64,000 nt of DNA from Balanoglossus misakiensis (GCA_040954595.2 CM082579.2:13703834-13767833), one strand, 5' to 3'; shown: positions 34,745 through 48,907, counted from the first letter of the stretch. The notes: a model not told the origin generated them from the sequence alone. Translations and numbers: made by a program.

Positions 34745-37258
34745 TAAATTTTCTCTCCTGTCACAAAAATTTCATGGGAATTCTAATTCTAAAAGGAAAA
34801 CTCATTTGATAAAAGATCTCAAAGTCAAGTTTTGGATGTGGCTCCAGTTCAAGTATTGTATGTGATTAATTTTCTGGAGCTCAAGTCTGTATACTTAAAG
34901 TAGAGTTGGTCACATGGACTTGGGTAATCTGAGTGTGGTCAGAAATTGAACTTACACACATTGATTGAGTTAAGAACATGTCTGGTGTATTACTGTAATA
35001 TGACTAGATACTGCAAATGCATTAACTATAAGTGTTTGTTAAAATATGCAGTTTTCATCGACATATCTGATTCACAAAATTAAATACACATGTTCATTAA
35101 AACCCACTATGATAGAGCGCCCCCACTGTTCAGAATGTCAATGTTGAAGTCCTACATCTATGACGTCATGCCTAGCTTTCAATGTTAACTGATATGTACT
35201 TGTACTACTAGTAAATGGAAGTACTTTAAAGTAAAGCTCAGATGCAAGGGTTTTGTAAAATAAATATAATATTAAAACGTTGCCATCATTTTAGTCCTTT
35301 GGAACAGCGGTCCAATTGACTAATGTGATCACTCTGTGTGCGGCATATGGCATATTAAGCATTTAGCATTTTTCAATCAGAAGCCGTTAATCCTGTGATT
35401 AATTCTGCTTCTTGCAACATTGATTTTAAATCACCACACATGAATATTTTTGTCCAAAGGACTGTGGTGCCCAAGTTTTTATGATGAGATAATCAAACAG
35501 TGAAATTCACTGAAGAAGTGTGTGAGCACTTGCCCTATCATTGTTCAATGAAAGGTGACCACCAAACTCAGCAAGGAGAATTCATCTGACGCCTTGAGCA
35601 TACCAACAACAACCAATGTATTGAAAATACTTTCTGAAACCTTTCAGTCGATGTTGCTTGATGTATATTGTATGACTGGACTCGATCATTATGTTTTTTT
35701 GCATTGACATTTTCAACAGCGTATCAAACTATTTTTTATTTGAGTTCATCATCGTAGTGATGGTACGTGCCATGCTTTTGTTTCTTCGTGTGTGAAGTGA
35801 CATCATTGTTGACAGTTACAATCTGATCAGGTGACATGCCACATTGGTATATTTTGTCAACATCAACAGTATTGTTTTAATGTGGTTGACTGACATCACT
35901 TGGGGTTGGATAAAGTGCTTTCTGAGCAATATTATAACAGCATCTATCAAGAATGTAAAAAATATTGAAAACAGGCCATATCCTTAGCATTCCCTTTCAT
36001 ATTGTGTCTGCATTGCAATTGGTGATGTACAAAGTCCTTTTGACAACATGCATGGCTGGTTTGTTGTTGTTTTTTGTAAGAAACAAGTCTTTGATTTCCT
36101 GACTGCTAATTGCTGTCTTTGTACTACACTTCTAGTAATATCTCCATTTCTAGCTTTGCACCTCACATTTAATAAATAGACTTGTGGATGTTTTGACACT
36201 TCTTGACAATGAAAGTGTATGGTTGCAGTGATCAAATGATACACAAATCAAAGGAACAAAGAGTGACTTTTCATTCTTTTGAGAACCTTGCATTCTTATA
36301 TTTAAATGCTTGCCCACTGGCCCTAGGTGTAAAATAGCAAAATTTTATCCATTTACTATATTAAAAAAATATTGTGCCAAAGAGTTGGAAGTCCAAATAT
36401 CTTTACTTAATAATTTAATACTTTAATAATTACTCAGTTTCCCTTAAGGTTTGGCCAACCTCTGGTGAAAGGATGACTTGTGATATAGTGTTTTAAATTG
36501 GAATATAATATGAGGTTATTACGAAAATACCGCAAAGTATGCACAAGGACATTAGCGCCAAGTATCTCCCGACGCGTAGCGGAGGGTGATGCGCTGCGCT
36601 AATGTCCGAGTGCATACTTTGCGGTATTTTTGTAATAACCTTATTATTATACATCTTACATCTCCGTTAGTTCTTGTGTTGCATGTTACTTGGCTTTTAA
36701 AACGCCCAAAATGCCAATACAATCGATCGTAAACCGCTCAGCTGAAACAGTGAGCAGCCTTCTTTCTTTTTTGTTTACGTGCGTTGGAGCGGGGGTGTCT
36801 TGAAACCGTCTGCATAACAACACATACCTGTACAAAGTGAGTTGGGGTGCCTTGAAACTTGGGGCGTATTTAACACGCGTTACGTATGTACTATTCCGTA
36901 CAGCTTTTTTAGTGCACGCTAAATTCTACTGTTCTCGGTGCCAGATGTATAATAAATACATATATTTTAAATATTTCATATTTTCAATCTAAAAGAGGGA
37001 GCTGCTTCCTCAAAATATAATTGACTGTCAGAATGAAAGGCAAGCAATTCAGGCAAGTTAACTCTAACACAACAACTCTTCAATTAAATAATTGACATCA
37101 GACAACCACAAAGGCGATATTCAATTAATTTGTATGAATTCAAATGCAGTTAACAGATTTAAAATTACTGGTAGGCGTAGATTTTGTCAGCGTTTTCCTT
37201 CATGAGTTACTTTGCTATTAGTTTGTTCTGTGTAGTTGAATTGAACAGTGTTTGGTCT
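34745..37258 (+). repeat. Older dispersed duplication, paralog of ~57385-59540
   Basis: Colinear similarity with more substitutions than the other duplications, and a differing middle segment. Confidence 0.85.
36511..36955. mobile_element. Hairpin-ended non-autonomous element (Crypton-like)
   Basis: Palindrome ~36513-36641 centred on gcgtagc, then ttattatacatct, inverse of the terminal agatgtataataa. Absent from the paralog at ~59225-59240 (atatatatac); no TSD. Confidence 0.8.
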
Positions 37259-39449
37259 GTTCATAGTACTGTACAAGTGTCATATTTCTCACATGAGTTG
37301 GGGATTTTCTGTCCCAAACAAGCTGCAGGCGAATGTGGGACAAAATATCAATGACGAGTGTGAGAAATATGATCCTGGGTCCTTGGTGTATGAGATTGTA
37401 TTTCTCACACGGCTACAAATTAGCCAAATTCGTTAAATAAATGACTCTTGAACTGTCATCTGGCACATTGTAGATTCTGTATCGCGTCATTGGATAACAT
37501 TTAGCACATGTTGTTAAAGAACTCTTTGTCATCCAATCAGCGCTCGCATCATATACAGCTTTCGATTCAGTGAGAATGTGGGATTGATTTGTTCTCACAC
37601 TTAGGGAGGCCCATGCTGGTAAGCCTGTTCAGGCTATTTTGAAACCCTTATAAATAGAAAAAAAATTGTAGCTTTCTGTCATTGTCACTCTCTTTCCTAA
37701 ATAAAGTTATTTTCTTCCAATAAAATGTTGTTTTGAATTATCACTGATCGTCCAACTCTCTGCTTAAAAGGTCTAAAATCGGCAAGAACTTCTGTACTCT
37801 GTGTGTTTGTGTACGTGACCTGGTTTGAATGATGCGAAAGGGCGCCCTCTAGTGGCGATCGGTAGTAGGTGTTTTTCAAACGACTTTTTCGATTGGATAC
37901 TTAACCCCCTTTCCGCGTAAATACTACATGGATTTTGGCCAATCAGATGACAGCTCTTTAAAGGCCTAGGCTTAGAGTTTTACTACATGAGGGTTCCTTC
38001 AGCTGCAACGCCCGGACAGAAAGCTCAGTGACATCGGTAAATATCGTTTATTTCCACGATATCCTGCATCAATTATCGTCCAAATTTGAAAAACGGAACC
38101 CCAATATTTGGATTCTGTGACATTCAGTGTCTATTCAGTCACAATTTCAGAGAGATCCGATCGAAAATGTTTGCGCGGATCAATCTAGAGTTAGCCGACC
38201 GGGTAGCCGACTCAGCGGTACCTACAGTTACATGGCGACGGACGCCAAGCATGTCCCTCGTACAGCGTGGCTTCGATCCTTACACGTAAGTGTTGTTTAG
38301 GTGATGTTTTCGTTTCGTATATGTCGACTGCTTTAGTTATGGTTTCATTTGTAAAGTTTTATAATCAATTTTGTTTCATTTTGATTCAGATTTGCCTGTT
38401 TTTTTTGTTTTCTCGATATTACAGTGTCACATACAAAATCGCACAATCACTTCCGGGTTTTCGATTCGATATTATCGTGACATAGACAAGCGTTTCTTGC
38501 TTTCCGTTTGTATTTTTGTTTTCGTTTGATTGTGAATCCACCGTTATAACAAGGACTATCGTTTCATATTCTGTTGAATTTATTATTTATTGATGTAATT
38601 TTATTTCAGTTCAGTTTAATCGTTGTGATGATGAAAGACTTGTTTCCAGATGAAAGCACCAGTTCACGTTTCAATGGCATTGGTTTATTTTGTTATTGTA
38701 AGTTGTTTTTTTAATTTTGATTTTGTAATACTGGTGGTGGATTCTTTTATTGCTTTTGTGTGGTTTCTCATTCTGCCCTAGCTTATTAAAAGTAAATTAA
38801 TTCAGTAGCTGTAAATTATTTTAGTAGCTGTTGCTTGTAAATTTATTGAGAACATGTTTTTGTCTTAGAATGTACACACATTTCTGAAGATTGGTGAACA
38901 CATTGAAAAGCTTACTTGTTCATTTTCTTTCTTTCTGTTACGACATAAGAAAATACCTGGTATTTTTCAGAAACAAAAATTTAAGACACTGGGCTGGTGT
39001 TTATATTATGACAGGGTTTGTGTATGTATGTGTTCACTAATATTCACTCCCATATTTTGTTGAAATACACACGTAAGATCAATATCAAACGAGAATTAAG
39101 TTACACAATTTTAAGCAGCGTAAAATTTCACTGCACCCAAAGTATTTTGTTTTTATTTTTGAAGTGCAACAAAATGCATGTTGAATGTAACACATATAGT
39201 TATGGCATAATTGAGGTGGTTATATATATTTACATAGATCTTTTTATAGCAACAGTAGCTGACAAATTTGATATTCAAATCATAATTACATGGTATTTTT
39301 CTCTATCATGTTGAAATGCTTATTGTCATTTTTGTGTAACATGCATTGCTACTGTACTGTGGAGGTGAATTTATCAAATGTTGGAGTTGCTGTCCCATTA
39401 CTTGTAAACCGTTCAGTTGAACTAATTTTATTTAATTTTTTCATTTTAG

Positions 39450-42400
39450 ATCCAGTCTGCTGGAGGAGTGTACTAGTTGTGCTCATTTGGCATTGACACA
39501 TAAAGAAATTCTGGAACTTTACTTCACCAGTAAAAAGTTTGGATCACTGTTTCGCTGCAATCCCTTGAGTCTCCTCCTTACCTGGCTACAGCGGTTTGCT
39601 GCGGTCAACACAACAAATAGAACAGAGACACAGCTCCGTGCAAAGTGTACAAAGACAAATAAAAAGTATGAACAACTTGTAAGAAAATTTCAGAAAAGCA
39701 GAAATCAGAAAAATTCTGCAACTCTACATGGGAACATTATTTCTTACCTGATTGAAGAGTTTACATGGGGCCAAAGTTTTCTCATTCCTGACCCAAAGCC
39801 CCCATCATTCTTACCTGACTCAAATCCCCCATCATTCTTACTCGCTGGTCCAAATCCGCCAAGTTATAATGATGTGATGCAAATCGATAAGACGTCTAAT
39901 GCTTTACCTCCACCATATGATCAAGTAACCCAACCCAATACTTACCTTGATGTCAACAATACCTGCCATCTGTCCCTAAGAAGTGGAACTAAATATTCCA
40001 AATCACCAAGTAAAGCCCAACTTAAAGATGACAAAAGAAAAGCAGAAATGAAAGTAGACAGAGCTCAGAAGAAACTTAAAGTAGTGACAGCTGAGAACAA
40101 AAGATACCATGCTGTAATTGGTGCGAAAGTGAGAGATATTATGCAAGAAAGAGATGATATGTTAGAGAGAGTGGAAAATTTGGAGGAAGAAAAAAAGAAG
40201 GCTGCACATGACGCTGTAAAAATGAAAAGTATGCAAACACAAATACAGACACTATCCAAGGAAAGAGACGCCAACAAAGAAAAAGCCACTCAGTGGAAGG
40301 ATGCAGCAATGTCTCTGATTGATGAGTCCATGGATCACGTTACAGAATGTAAAAAGACAAAGAGAATGGAAAGGCAACTCAGGGAAGTTGAAAAAGAACA
40401 GAAAAAGTTAAAAACACAGCTCACACAAAAGGACAAAGAAATGACAACTCTGAAACAACGAATCAAAGAAGCAGAAGAAAATATAGAAATTGATAGAGAG
40501 GCAGCTGCCATTTTCCTGGATGGTATTGTTAGTGAGTTGAAAGAGCAGTTGAAAGAGAAGACTGAGAAAGAGAAGGAGCTGCAGGAAACAATTCACAACT
40601 TGACATCTCTGGAAACCAAAGAAAAGGGTGGCCTATACAAAACTGAAATACGACTAGTGTATTATCACCTCCTGACATTAGGAGTCAGTTCAAACCAGAT
40701 TGAATCTGTAATACGAACAGTACTAGGACACCTCTCTCCAATGGATTTGAAAGATGTCAAATTGCCGAAAAGATCCACAGCACAGAGATTAAAGTGTGAA
40801 GCAGGACAGCTTGCCACATTGAGGGGATTAGTGGAATGGTCAAAAAGAGAAAACAAAGATGTTGCCTATATGACAGATAAAACTACAAAAGGCCAGCTTG
40901 AATGGCTAACTCATAAATTGGTCTTGTCTCCAAGCCATGATGAATGTGACACTGGCTCCCGAACTGTATTCACTCTAGGTCTCACACCCATCGCTGGAGG
41001 CAAAGCTAAAGATACTCTAGATGACCTTCGAAAGTTACTTTCAGAACTTCAGAGACTAGGCACAGACATGAATTTGCAAGATGTGGAAGAAACATATAAT
41101 GTAATCAATTTCAAAGCAAGAATGTCAGATAGAGCTGCAACGGAAGGAAAGTTAACAAAACTGCTATGTGAAATGAAGACAGAAGAATTAGAACGCCTAC
41201 TACCAACATGGAATGAAATGACTGAAACAGAAAGAGATGAAAAAATAAGAATTCATGCATTCACATGTGGTGCACACAAATTGACAAACATGACTGAAGC
41301 CATGAATAAAGCTGCTGTTAAATACCTGTATGCTGATGATCATGATAGCACTTTCAGGAGAATGCAAGGTGCAAAGAAGCACATTTATGAAGCGGACAAA
41401 TTGTTGTGTGAACAGAGTAAAAAGGAATATGCAAAAGGCAAAGACTTTAAGGCATTCTGTTTGTCACAGGACACACTCAAGAAATCGGCCTCACAGCTTT
41501 TCACTCCTATTGTTGGGTCTCGCTACCTCATCTACTTTCATAACAGCCTCCCAACATATGTAGGTAGGCAGTTTATCCAGATTTTTCTTGTGGATCAGCG
41601 TGATTCAAAAGGTCACTGGAATAAGCTGGAAGCCAGTGTGTATGATGGTTACAATGATCTTCGTATCATGGCAGAGGAAAGAGCTTATGCAATACTCTAC
41701 TATGAAGTCTGTTTGCCTTTAATGGTAAAAACAAAGTCAGTAAAACACATACTTGAAATGAATGAAATCTATGACGCAAGTGTGAAGAAACTGAAAGAAT
41801 GGAGTGAAGATCCAGAAAGTCTCTTTGAAGGAAGTGAGAAACTTTGGACAGATGCAGTGAGAAATGAGAGTCACAAAATGTATATGTTAGAAGTTCGACG
41901 TCCAGATGACACAGATAATAAGGTAAAGGAAATCTTGAAAGTGTGTTGTGCTGCTGGAGCGGAGAAATTGGCTCAACATGCTAGAGAGCATCTACCAGGG
42001 GGTGAATTTGCAGTGCCAACTCAACAGCAGATTCAAGCTGCCAGTCTACTGCCAGGGGCAACAAATGATCCTTGTGAAAGTGACTTTGGTCTTCTTGATC
42101 AGATGAGTAAATCAGCCCCGTCTAGTAACCCAATGTCATTGTCGTCAGTGGTTCGTGCAAAGCGTGACAAGGCGACTGATTGGGCAATGAGACAAGACCA
42201 AGAACTGAAAGAAAAACTTGTCCATACAGCACAGAAAGAAGCAAAGAGACAGCACAAAATGGTAGGAACAAAGGATAGGCAGCTTCTTGCTCTAGAGGAG
42301 ATTAAGAAGAAGGAACGAGAAGAAAAAATCAGGAAACGCCAAGCAGTTATGCAAAAGAAGGAAATGAAACAGGCAGAAATGAGAAAAGAGCTAGCTGAAG

Positions 42401-42840
42401 ACACACTGATCAGAGACCAACAGAAAATCCGGAAATTAAGTGGTGCACAGTGTAACAGACAACTACAGCTTTGGAATTTACTTGCAGAAGATGTAAACAT
42501 TAATAACTCTGAAAGACTGAAAGGAAGATCAAAATTAACAGTTGAACAGAAAAGGAAGCTATTGTTACAACTTGTGAAAACAAATACAAATGTAATGCCC
42601 AAATTTAAGGAAAAAAATCCCTCTGTGGTAACTGTTGTGAACATGGACAGTTCATCAGATGATGACGACGACAACTTACCTCTAGTTGAAATCATCAGAC
42701 CAAAGTCATACACTTCTGATGAGGAGTCTGAAGACAACTTACCTCTTTCCAAAATATGTCGCCGTGACACTGATGATGATGATGATGATGATGACCAGCC
42801 ATTATCAGACTACTTACCTCTTTCAAAGCTGATCAAATAA
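39450..42840 (+). CDS. DDE transposase, main exon (>1117 aa, uninterrupted)
   Basis: YMTDKTT (D), MSDRAATE (D), CGAH (CxxH), TNDPCESDFG (E); long coiled coil. The frame is open from an AG acceptor at 39448-39449, and a candidate first exon 38251-38285 is phase-compatible. Confidence 0.88.
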
Positions 42841-42908
42841 AGTCCCAAATGTGCAAACAAACATGTAAAGGCAACGCCAACAGAAAAACTGTTTTGACTT
42901 TTGTTTAA

Positions 42909-43374
42909 CCCTTTCAAGCCTGACAACCTATCACATATATTGATACTATTTAGCTATGATCCCAGAAGGCCAAAGAAGAACTTCAACTTTACATTTAGGC
43001 TTATCTCTATGTCAGACTCAATTTCACTGCATATGGATTTAGACACAAACAAATAGGGCCCCTGGCGGAAATCTCTGCAAACCTCTGGCATTGTCTTGGT
43101 ATCCTGGCTCGGTCAGCTCTACCTGTTACAGACATGTAAGTTCATTGCAGAGATTTCAGCCACGGGCAAATAAACTGACAGACACCAAGGCATAAATAGA
43201 CCCCATTTTTGTTGGTCTGCCTGTACCTGTTAGTCTGTCATTCAATCTACAAGAAATAGTCTGACACAGGGATAAACCTTCACACAATGTTAAATCCTTT
43301 GCATGCCTTTCTGAGAGCATAGCTAAAATTTACCAATCTTACAGAAGTCCAAGCGAAATTCAGGCCTGAAAGGG
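42909..43374. mobile_element. piggyBac-like MITE inside the hAT element
   Basis: ttaa|ccctttcaagcctga ... tcaggcctgaaaggg|ttaa, with internally palindromic segments. Confidence 0.8.
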
Positions 43375-46300
43375 TTAATCTATCCTGAAGCTGGTAAGGT
43401 GTATAGTGTAGAAACTTTTTGGCTGTACCTCTCAATATATCCTGTCACGATAACCTGTTTTAACTCCTTCAGTCATGTTGAAATGCCTAATTTTTCTCAA
43501 TTGAGTGGAAAATTTGCAATAATTATCATAAAATGATAACTGTGAATGTTTAAATATGTGAAAATAGGCAAAAAAAGAGGAAAATGTGGCTTTGGTGCTT
43601 CGAATTTGACAACAAACCTAGCAGGGCTCATTGAAAAGCATGTATGACCTTTGACCTAGTGGGTGAGTCCAGAGTATAAAAAGTTAAGATTTCCAGCTGA
43701 TTGTTATCAACATTTCTCAAGTTGTTGAATGATGCAAATAATAGATATGCAACATGTTTTGATGCCCTTTCAGCAGGATATGTCAAAATAGCATGAACTG
43801 CCCTATTTTTGCTTATTAGACCCCTGGAAATCTGTAAATTTGCTTACCGGCAAAACATCTAATTTGCATAGGATTATCATATAATTTGCATATTTTTGCC
43901 AGAAAATTAATTTTTTCAGCGTCAATCATTATTTTGTGTATTGGACTAATATATCTGAAAGTTTCATTGACTTTCACTCAAAAATAAAAAAAATGATTTT
44001 TTTGGCCAAATTTGGCCATTTTTTAGTGGCAAACGATAAAATTGATATTTTTAAAAGCGTATATGTCTAAGTCATATCATATTTGTGATAATTTGTTGTT
44101 ATTTATTCTTTATTTGGGTATTTGTTGTCCAAGTTATACTGAAAAAAGATTGATTTCCGTGGTTTTTCTTTGTAAAATTTGGTCCTAAAATGGCAAGTTT
44201 GTCCTATTGTGCACCTTCCTGAAATTGTGGGAAATCACTCAATTTGCAATATTCAGCCCAAATTTTCTATAATTTTTAAGTCCGCCAAAGCTCTGAAATT
44301 TTTACACTGAATTATTCTTACAACAGACATAAGAAAAACACACAGAGTACATGATTCATGCCATCAACAATGTTATTGTTACAACTCAAACATGTGATTT
44401 TATCTTGATGTGGAAATAGACCCATTGGCCTCCCTATCACACTCTGATCCAACACTCTCAGCATGCCAGGAGTGTGACAATCTATTACAAGTTTGAAATC
44501 TTAGGTGAAGAGTTTATCAATTTCACTGCCAACCCTGTAGGGCATTCTGGGATATGTGTTCATGCCAAAGCACAAACAGCCATGACCTGACAGCTCAGTT
44601 TGTAGATCATTTCTACAAATCCACAAAGAGACTCAAAGTTTAGAAATGTTGTGTCGGTTAGAAATATTAGACGTATCACTGTTAATACTTTATTTCAAAG
44701 CCATGTGAATTTGTTCACATTAGGGAAATTTTTAAAGGAAGGGAGGATTGGTATTGACTTGAATAATTACAATGGATGTTTTGTTCTCCATTTTCAGATG
44801 TGAATAATGAGTGTTCAGATTCTGTTTGTGCTGGAGGGTGTCTAAATGCAGAGGGTGGATTCAGCTGTAATTGTGGTGATGATGGTTTCTCTCTGAGTGC
44901 AGATCATGTCAATTGTTTAGGTAATTTTTTTTTGAGTGGGGAGGGGATAGACCAACAATTGCATTGCATTTCCTGCCTCAAAAGGGCGCTTACACATGTT
45001 GTATGTGACAAAGATTACAGCGAGTCACCATGTAAAAAAAATAATAAATAAAAGTTATCAGGCACTTTCCAAAGTTACACATTTAGAAAAAAATGAGTTT
45101 GTTGTCTCGTGTGTGATATTTTTGGCTAACAAAACACTAGCTTCTAATGTGGTTACTACATTGTTTGTTTATCAGTATACAGTACTGGTACAGATAAACA
45201 TATGATATGACCAAGTTATTTGCCAGATGATATTTATCAAGTTTCACACAATTTTGCTCTCTTGTCGTATATTTTTTTCAAAGCCAACTGTACATGTAAT
45301 TCAGATGTATTCATTCAAACACAATTTATCATATTTGTGTTTTCAAGCTGGTTGGTCACCATGCCAACAAGCATGTTACAACACACCAACCAGTTACCAG
45401 TGTGGTTGCAGACCAGGATTTAAGTTGCACAGAAATCAACAAACATGTGTCGGTGAGTATCTACAATTGGGAGAAAGTAAGATCTAGGTATTTGTGCAAT
45501 GTAAGTGTCCAATACATGTACATATGTGACACTGAAATTACACATTGTACACTCAATAATTGGTAAATGTCTATTATTCATGACACAAATCAACATACAG
45601 TCAAACCTCTGTGACTGGCCACCTCTATTAAACAGCCACCTCTATATAGTGCCCACTTTATTCTAGTCCCTGTGTAATTTATATCTACATTAATTGACTT
45701 TTCTACCAGGTATAATGGCCACCTGTCTATAAAGGCCAGTTTAGGAAAGTCCCTTCACTAGCCATAATGGACAGGTTTGACTGCACTTGTGTTGATTTCT
45801 GTCTGTAATACGTGTAACACAATCATAAAATTTTTCATAAAGAGGGCACACTTCCAAAATAAGGTGTCATCTCCAAGCAGACAATGTGAAAAAGGAGGCC
45901 AGTTGGTTACTGTTGGAGTACTGCTCGAGCTCATCTACTTTGTTGTATACATGATACAAGTTGCGTGTAAAACTGACCTTACAATAAAATGTGGCTGTCG
46001 AAAGTCTGTCCCAACTATAGTGTTGATACACAAGACAAAGTTTTTACTCTTTGACCAACTGGCCTCATGGTTGCGTCTTGGAAGGGCACCCTCTTTATGA
46101 AAAAGGCATATGATATCACTACAAGGAATAAATTAACATGATAGAACATTGCTGATTAATGTCATAGATCATGATAACATGAATGCATAGCAATGTTTTG
46201 TTACAATTTGGTACATAAAGAAATGGACTACTGTGACAGTATTGACTCTGGGCACTACGTAGATGATTCCCAGCCTCAAAATTCTGACTTGCTTCACCGT

Positions 46301-48113
46301 TGGAAGAAGTCAGTTTTCAGGTTAACATGTATATTTGTACAGAGTGTGGCATTAGTGAGTGGTTGCATCACATCAATGCATGACAAAAGGTCATCACTGT
46401 GTAAGACTCAGAAATAGAATTTGAATACAAATCCTATTAAACAAAATATTCTAAAATTTACATGTTATTTTTAACACCTGTTTACTCCTATAAAAGTGAG
46501 TGCATGTGTTTTCGAGTTCTCTTCAATCCAGAAGCCACTGTATAGGCCTTAGTTGGTGCATGTAGCTCCTAGACTTAGAAATAAAGACGCCTCAAGTCCA
46601 GTTGACCATCTCACACTTCTGGCACTGGTGGGATTCAAACCAACGCCATCGAAATGACTGCAGGTGTCTAAAACCCCTTGACTGTAGGACACAAATGCCT
46701 GACAGTGATATAACTATGTTATAATGTTACGTCGACACTACATAAGTTTGGGGATATGTTGTCTCAAATGATCAAATTGAGAAAAATTATCCCCATCTTG
46801 TTATAATCTGAGCCCAGTTGTCTTTGGTGTGAGATTCCAGTAGTCAAGAGTAGGCTTACCTTGAATAATGTAATGCTTGTAAATAATTTCTAATTCCTCT
46901 TACCCTCCAGATATGAATGAATGTCACAGTGGTGGAAATGCGTGTCAACACTATTGTCAGAATACCCATGGTAGTTATCTCTGCGCTTGCAGACAAGGCT
47001 TCAATGTGCTGGAGGATGGCCATGCATGTGCAGGTATGTAACTGTGGATATTGATCTCTTCTGTGGCTACACTGTTTGGGGATTGTATATTGCTATGGTT
47101 ACAATAAAACATGCATCCTGTCTGTCCATTGCACACATTTTAAAATTTGAAATCAACCGCACACTCGTACTGAACACATGTTTGTTGAAATTGTATCTCA
47201 GAATTTTTCCATTTATAATTATGCATAATATAAACAAATTAACAAATGTGAAATTTTATCTTTGAAAATTTGTTTGCAAGGGTGAAAAAGTAATCTGTTT
47301 TTTTAAAAATCAGACAAAGTTTTGCTGACAGGGTACACAAGTTTCAGGGGATTTTGTCAAAATGAGAATGATAGAGAGTGTTAAAATTCCTAGAAAGAGA
47401 TTGCCATGGATATTGAGGACTTTGGTGTAAAAACAATCAACTGATCAATTAATATGTGGTTACGAATATGTGTCATCAACCTCACCTTCTATCCACAATG
47501 CTGGATCTATAGACAGTTTTAAAAGGGGTTTAAAAACTCGTCTTTTTATTCTGCACAATTTCATTCCATTGCTTTTTTTGGTTTAAAGGGAATGTCTTTC
47601 AGAACTGTTTTGGTTTCTTTGGGGTTTTTAAGTGTAATTTTTTTATCCTTTAAAGAGCATATCTTAGCTCGAAACACACTTTGAGGATAAATAATAATTG
47701 GGCGTGTGTGTTAAATGCTGGTGTCCTTTTACTTATTTCATATGGATAAATAAATGTTAAATTTAAAAATGTTCAGGGCCTGAGAAAAAACTTCTGTTTG
47801 GGCCACGCCCATTTCTGTGACGTCACAAGAGGAACCCATTTACGTTTGCAAGACTGTACATTGCAGTGGTTGAATTGCAATCATACATGTCTGTGATCTA
47901 AACAGCTTTGCTGGGTCAGCCTCTGGATCCCCCGTTCCATTCAAAATAAATGTACATATATACCTTTTCATCTAGGGGAGATGCGATTATGAAAAAAATA
48001 ACACTACTCGGCCCGGTTAGGCTACGGCTACGCATTGCAAGCAGTACACAACATGCAATGGCAGCGGATGTGTATAGGCACCTTACACATACAATGATTG
48101 CTGCCTCGATTAA

Positions 48114-48907
48114 GATGGGTCCCCCGTATCTTTTTGCTCGTTTCTATGGGCCTTTATAGGACACTACACTCAATTTTGATCGAAACCGTTATGAACGTCC
48201 GACAAGGGGCTTGTAACTAGTTAAAAATACAACGATCGTGTGCACACCCCCTGTCCGAGTATGTTTACGGCAGCTACCGCCCGGCCATAGGCCGCCACGC
48301 TAATACGGCAAAGCAGCGGTCAGCGATGGCGTGCGCGTCATGTAACCACAGTAACTGGATCGAACGCTAAAAATCCAATGTTTTGTACACAGAGATTTTG
48401 TACCGTTCACGAAAATCCCTAAGGCTTTTTTCATAGGCCACGTACGCCAGTCAAATTTGACCTGCTTGTTGAGAACGCACTTCCACACAGTGTGACGGAT
48501 CGTTTTTTCGGTTTTCGTCGTGCTAAGAAGCGATACCGGTGGAAGAGTGCGTCCAAAAACACCTAAAATCGATGACTTTTTCCGCTGTGGTACGGGTATG
48601 CTGAAATCGTAGGATACAACGATAATATTCAAAAACAAAATCCGTCACGATCTTCCCTGGTTCAAGCAACTAATGAATACGTATCAAGTTCGTTTTTGAG
48701 GTCACGGAATAAAAAGCCTTAGGCTTTTGAAATTTGACCTAGCTAATTTGCATATCAATGGCGTCAGGGGGCGCGCGCTCACAATCGTGCAGATTTTCAA
48801 CTAGTTACCAGCCCCTTGTTAGACTCTGAAAACGGCTTAGTCCAAATCGGGGTGTAATGTCCTGCAAAGGCCCATAGCAACGGGCAAAAAGATCCGGGGG
48901 ACCCATC
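48114..48907. mobile_element. Nested TTAA-flanked MITE with ~65-bp TIRs
   Basis: ttaa|gatgggtcccccg...ctatgggccttt / aaaggcccatag...cgggggacccatc|ttaa. Confidence 0.7.

Larger units (their letters stand above)
37602..44436 (+). mobile_element. Autonomous hAT-superfamily-like transposon with 7-bp TSD (hATw-like)
   Basis: TIR tagggaggcccatg / cattggcctcccta (13/14). TSD tcacact at 37595-37601 and 44437-44443. Empty site gttctcacactctgatcc at ~22822-22839. Confidence 0.92.

Noticed and set aside
35500-36330. Possible degenerate minus-strand gene (RING/B-box-like Cys/His spacing), also ~58150-59000
   Set aside because: Could not assemble a convincing motif; needs blastx.
42099-42770. 223-aa minus-strand ORF
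   Set aside because: Antisense shadow of the K/E/Q/D-rich transposase C-terminus.
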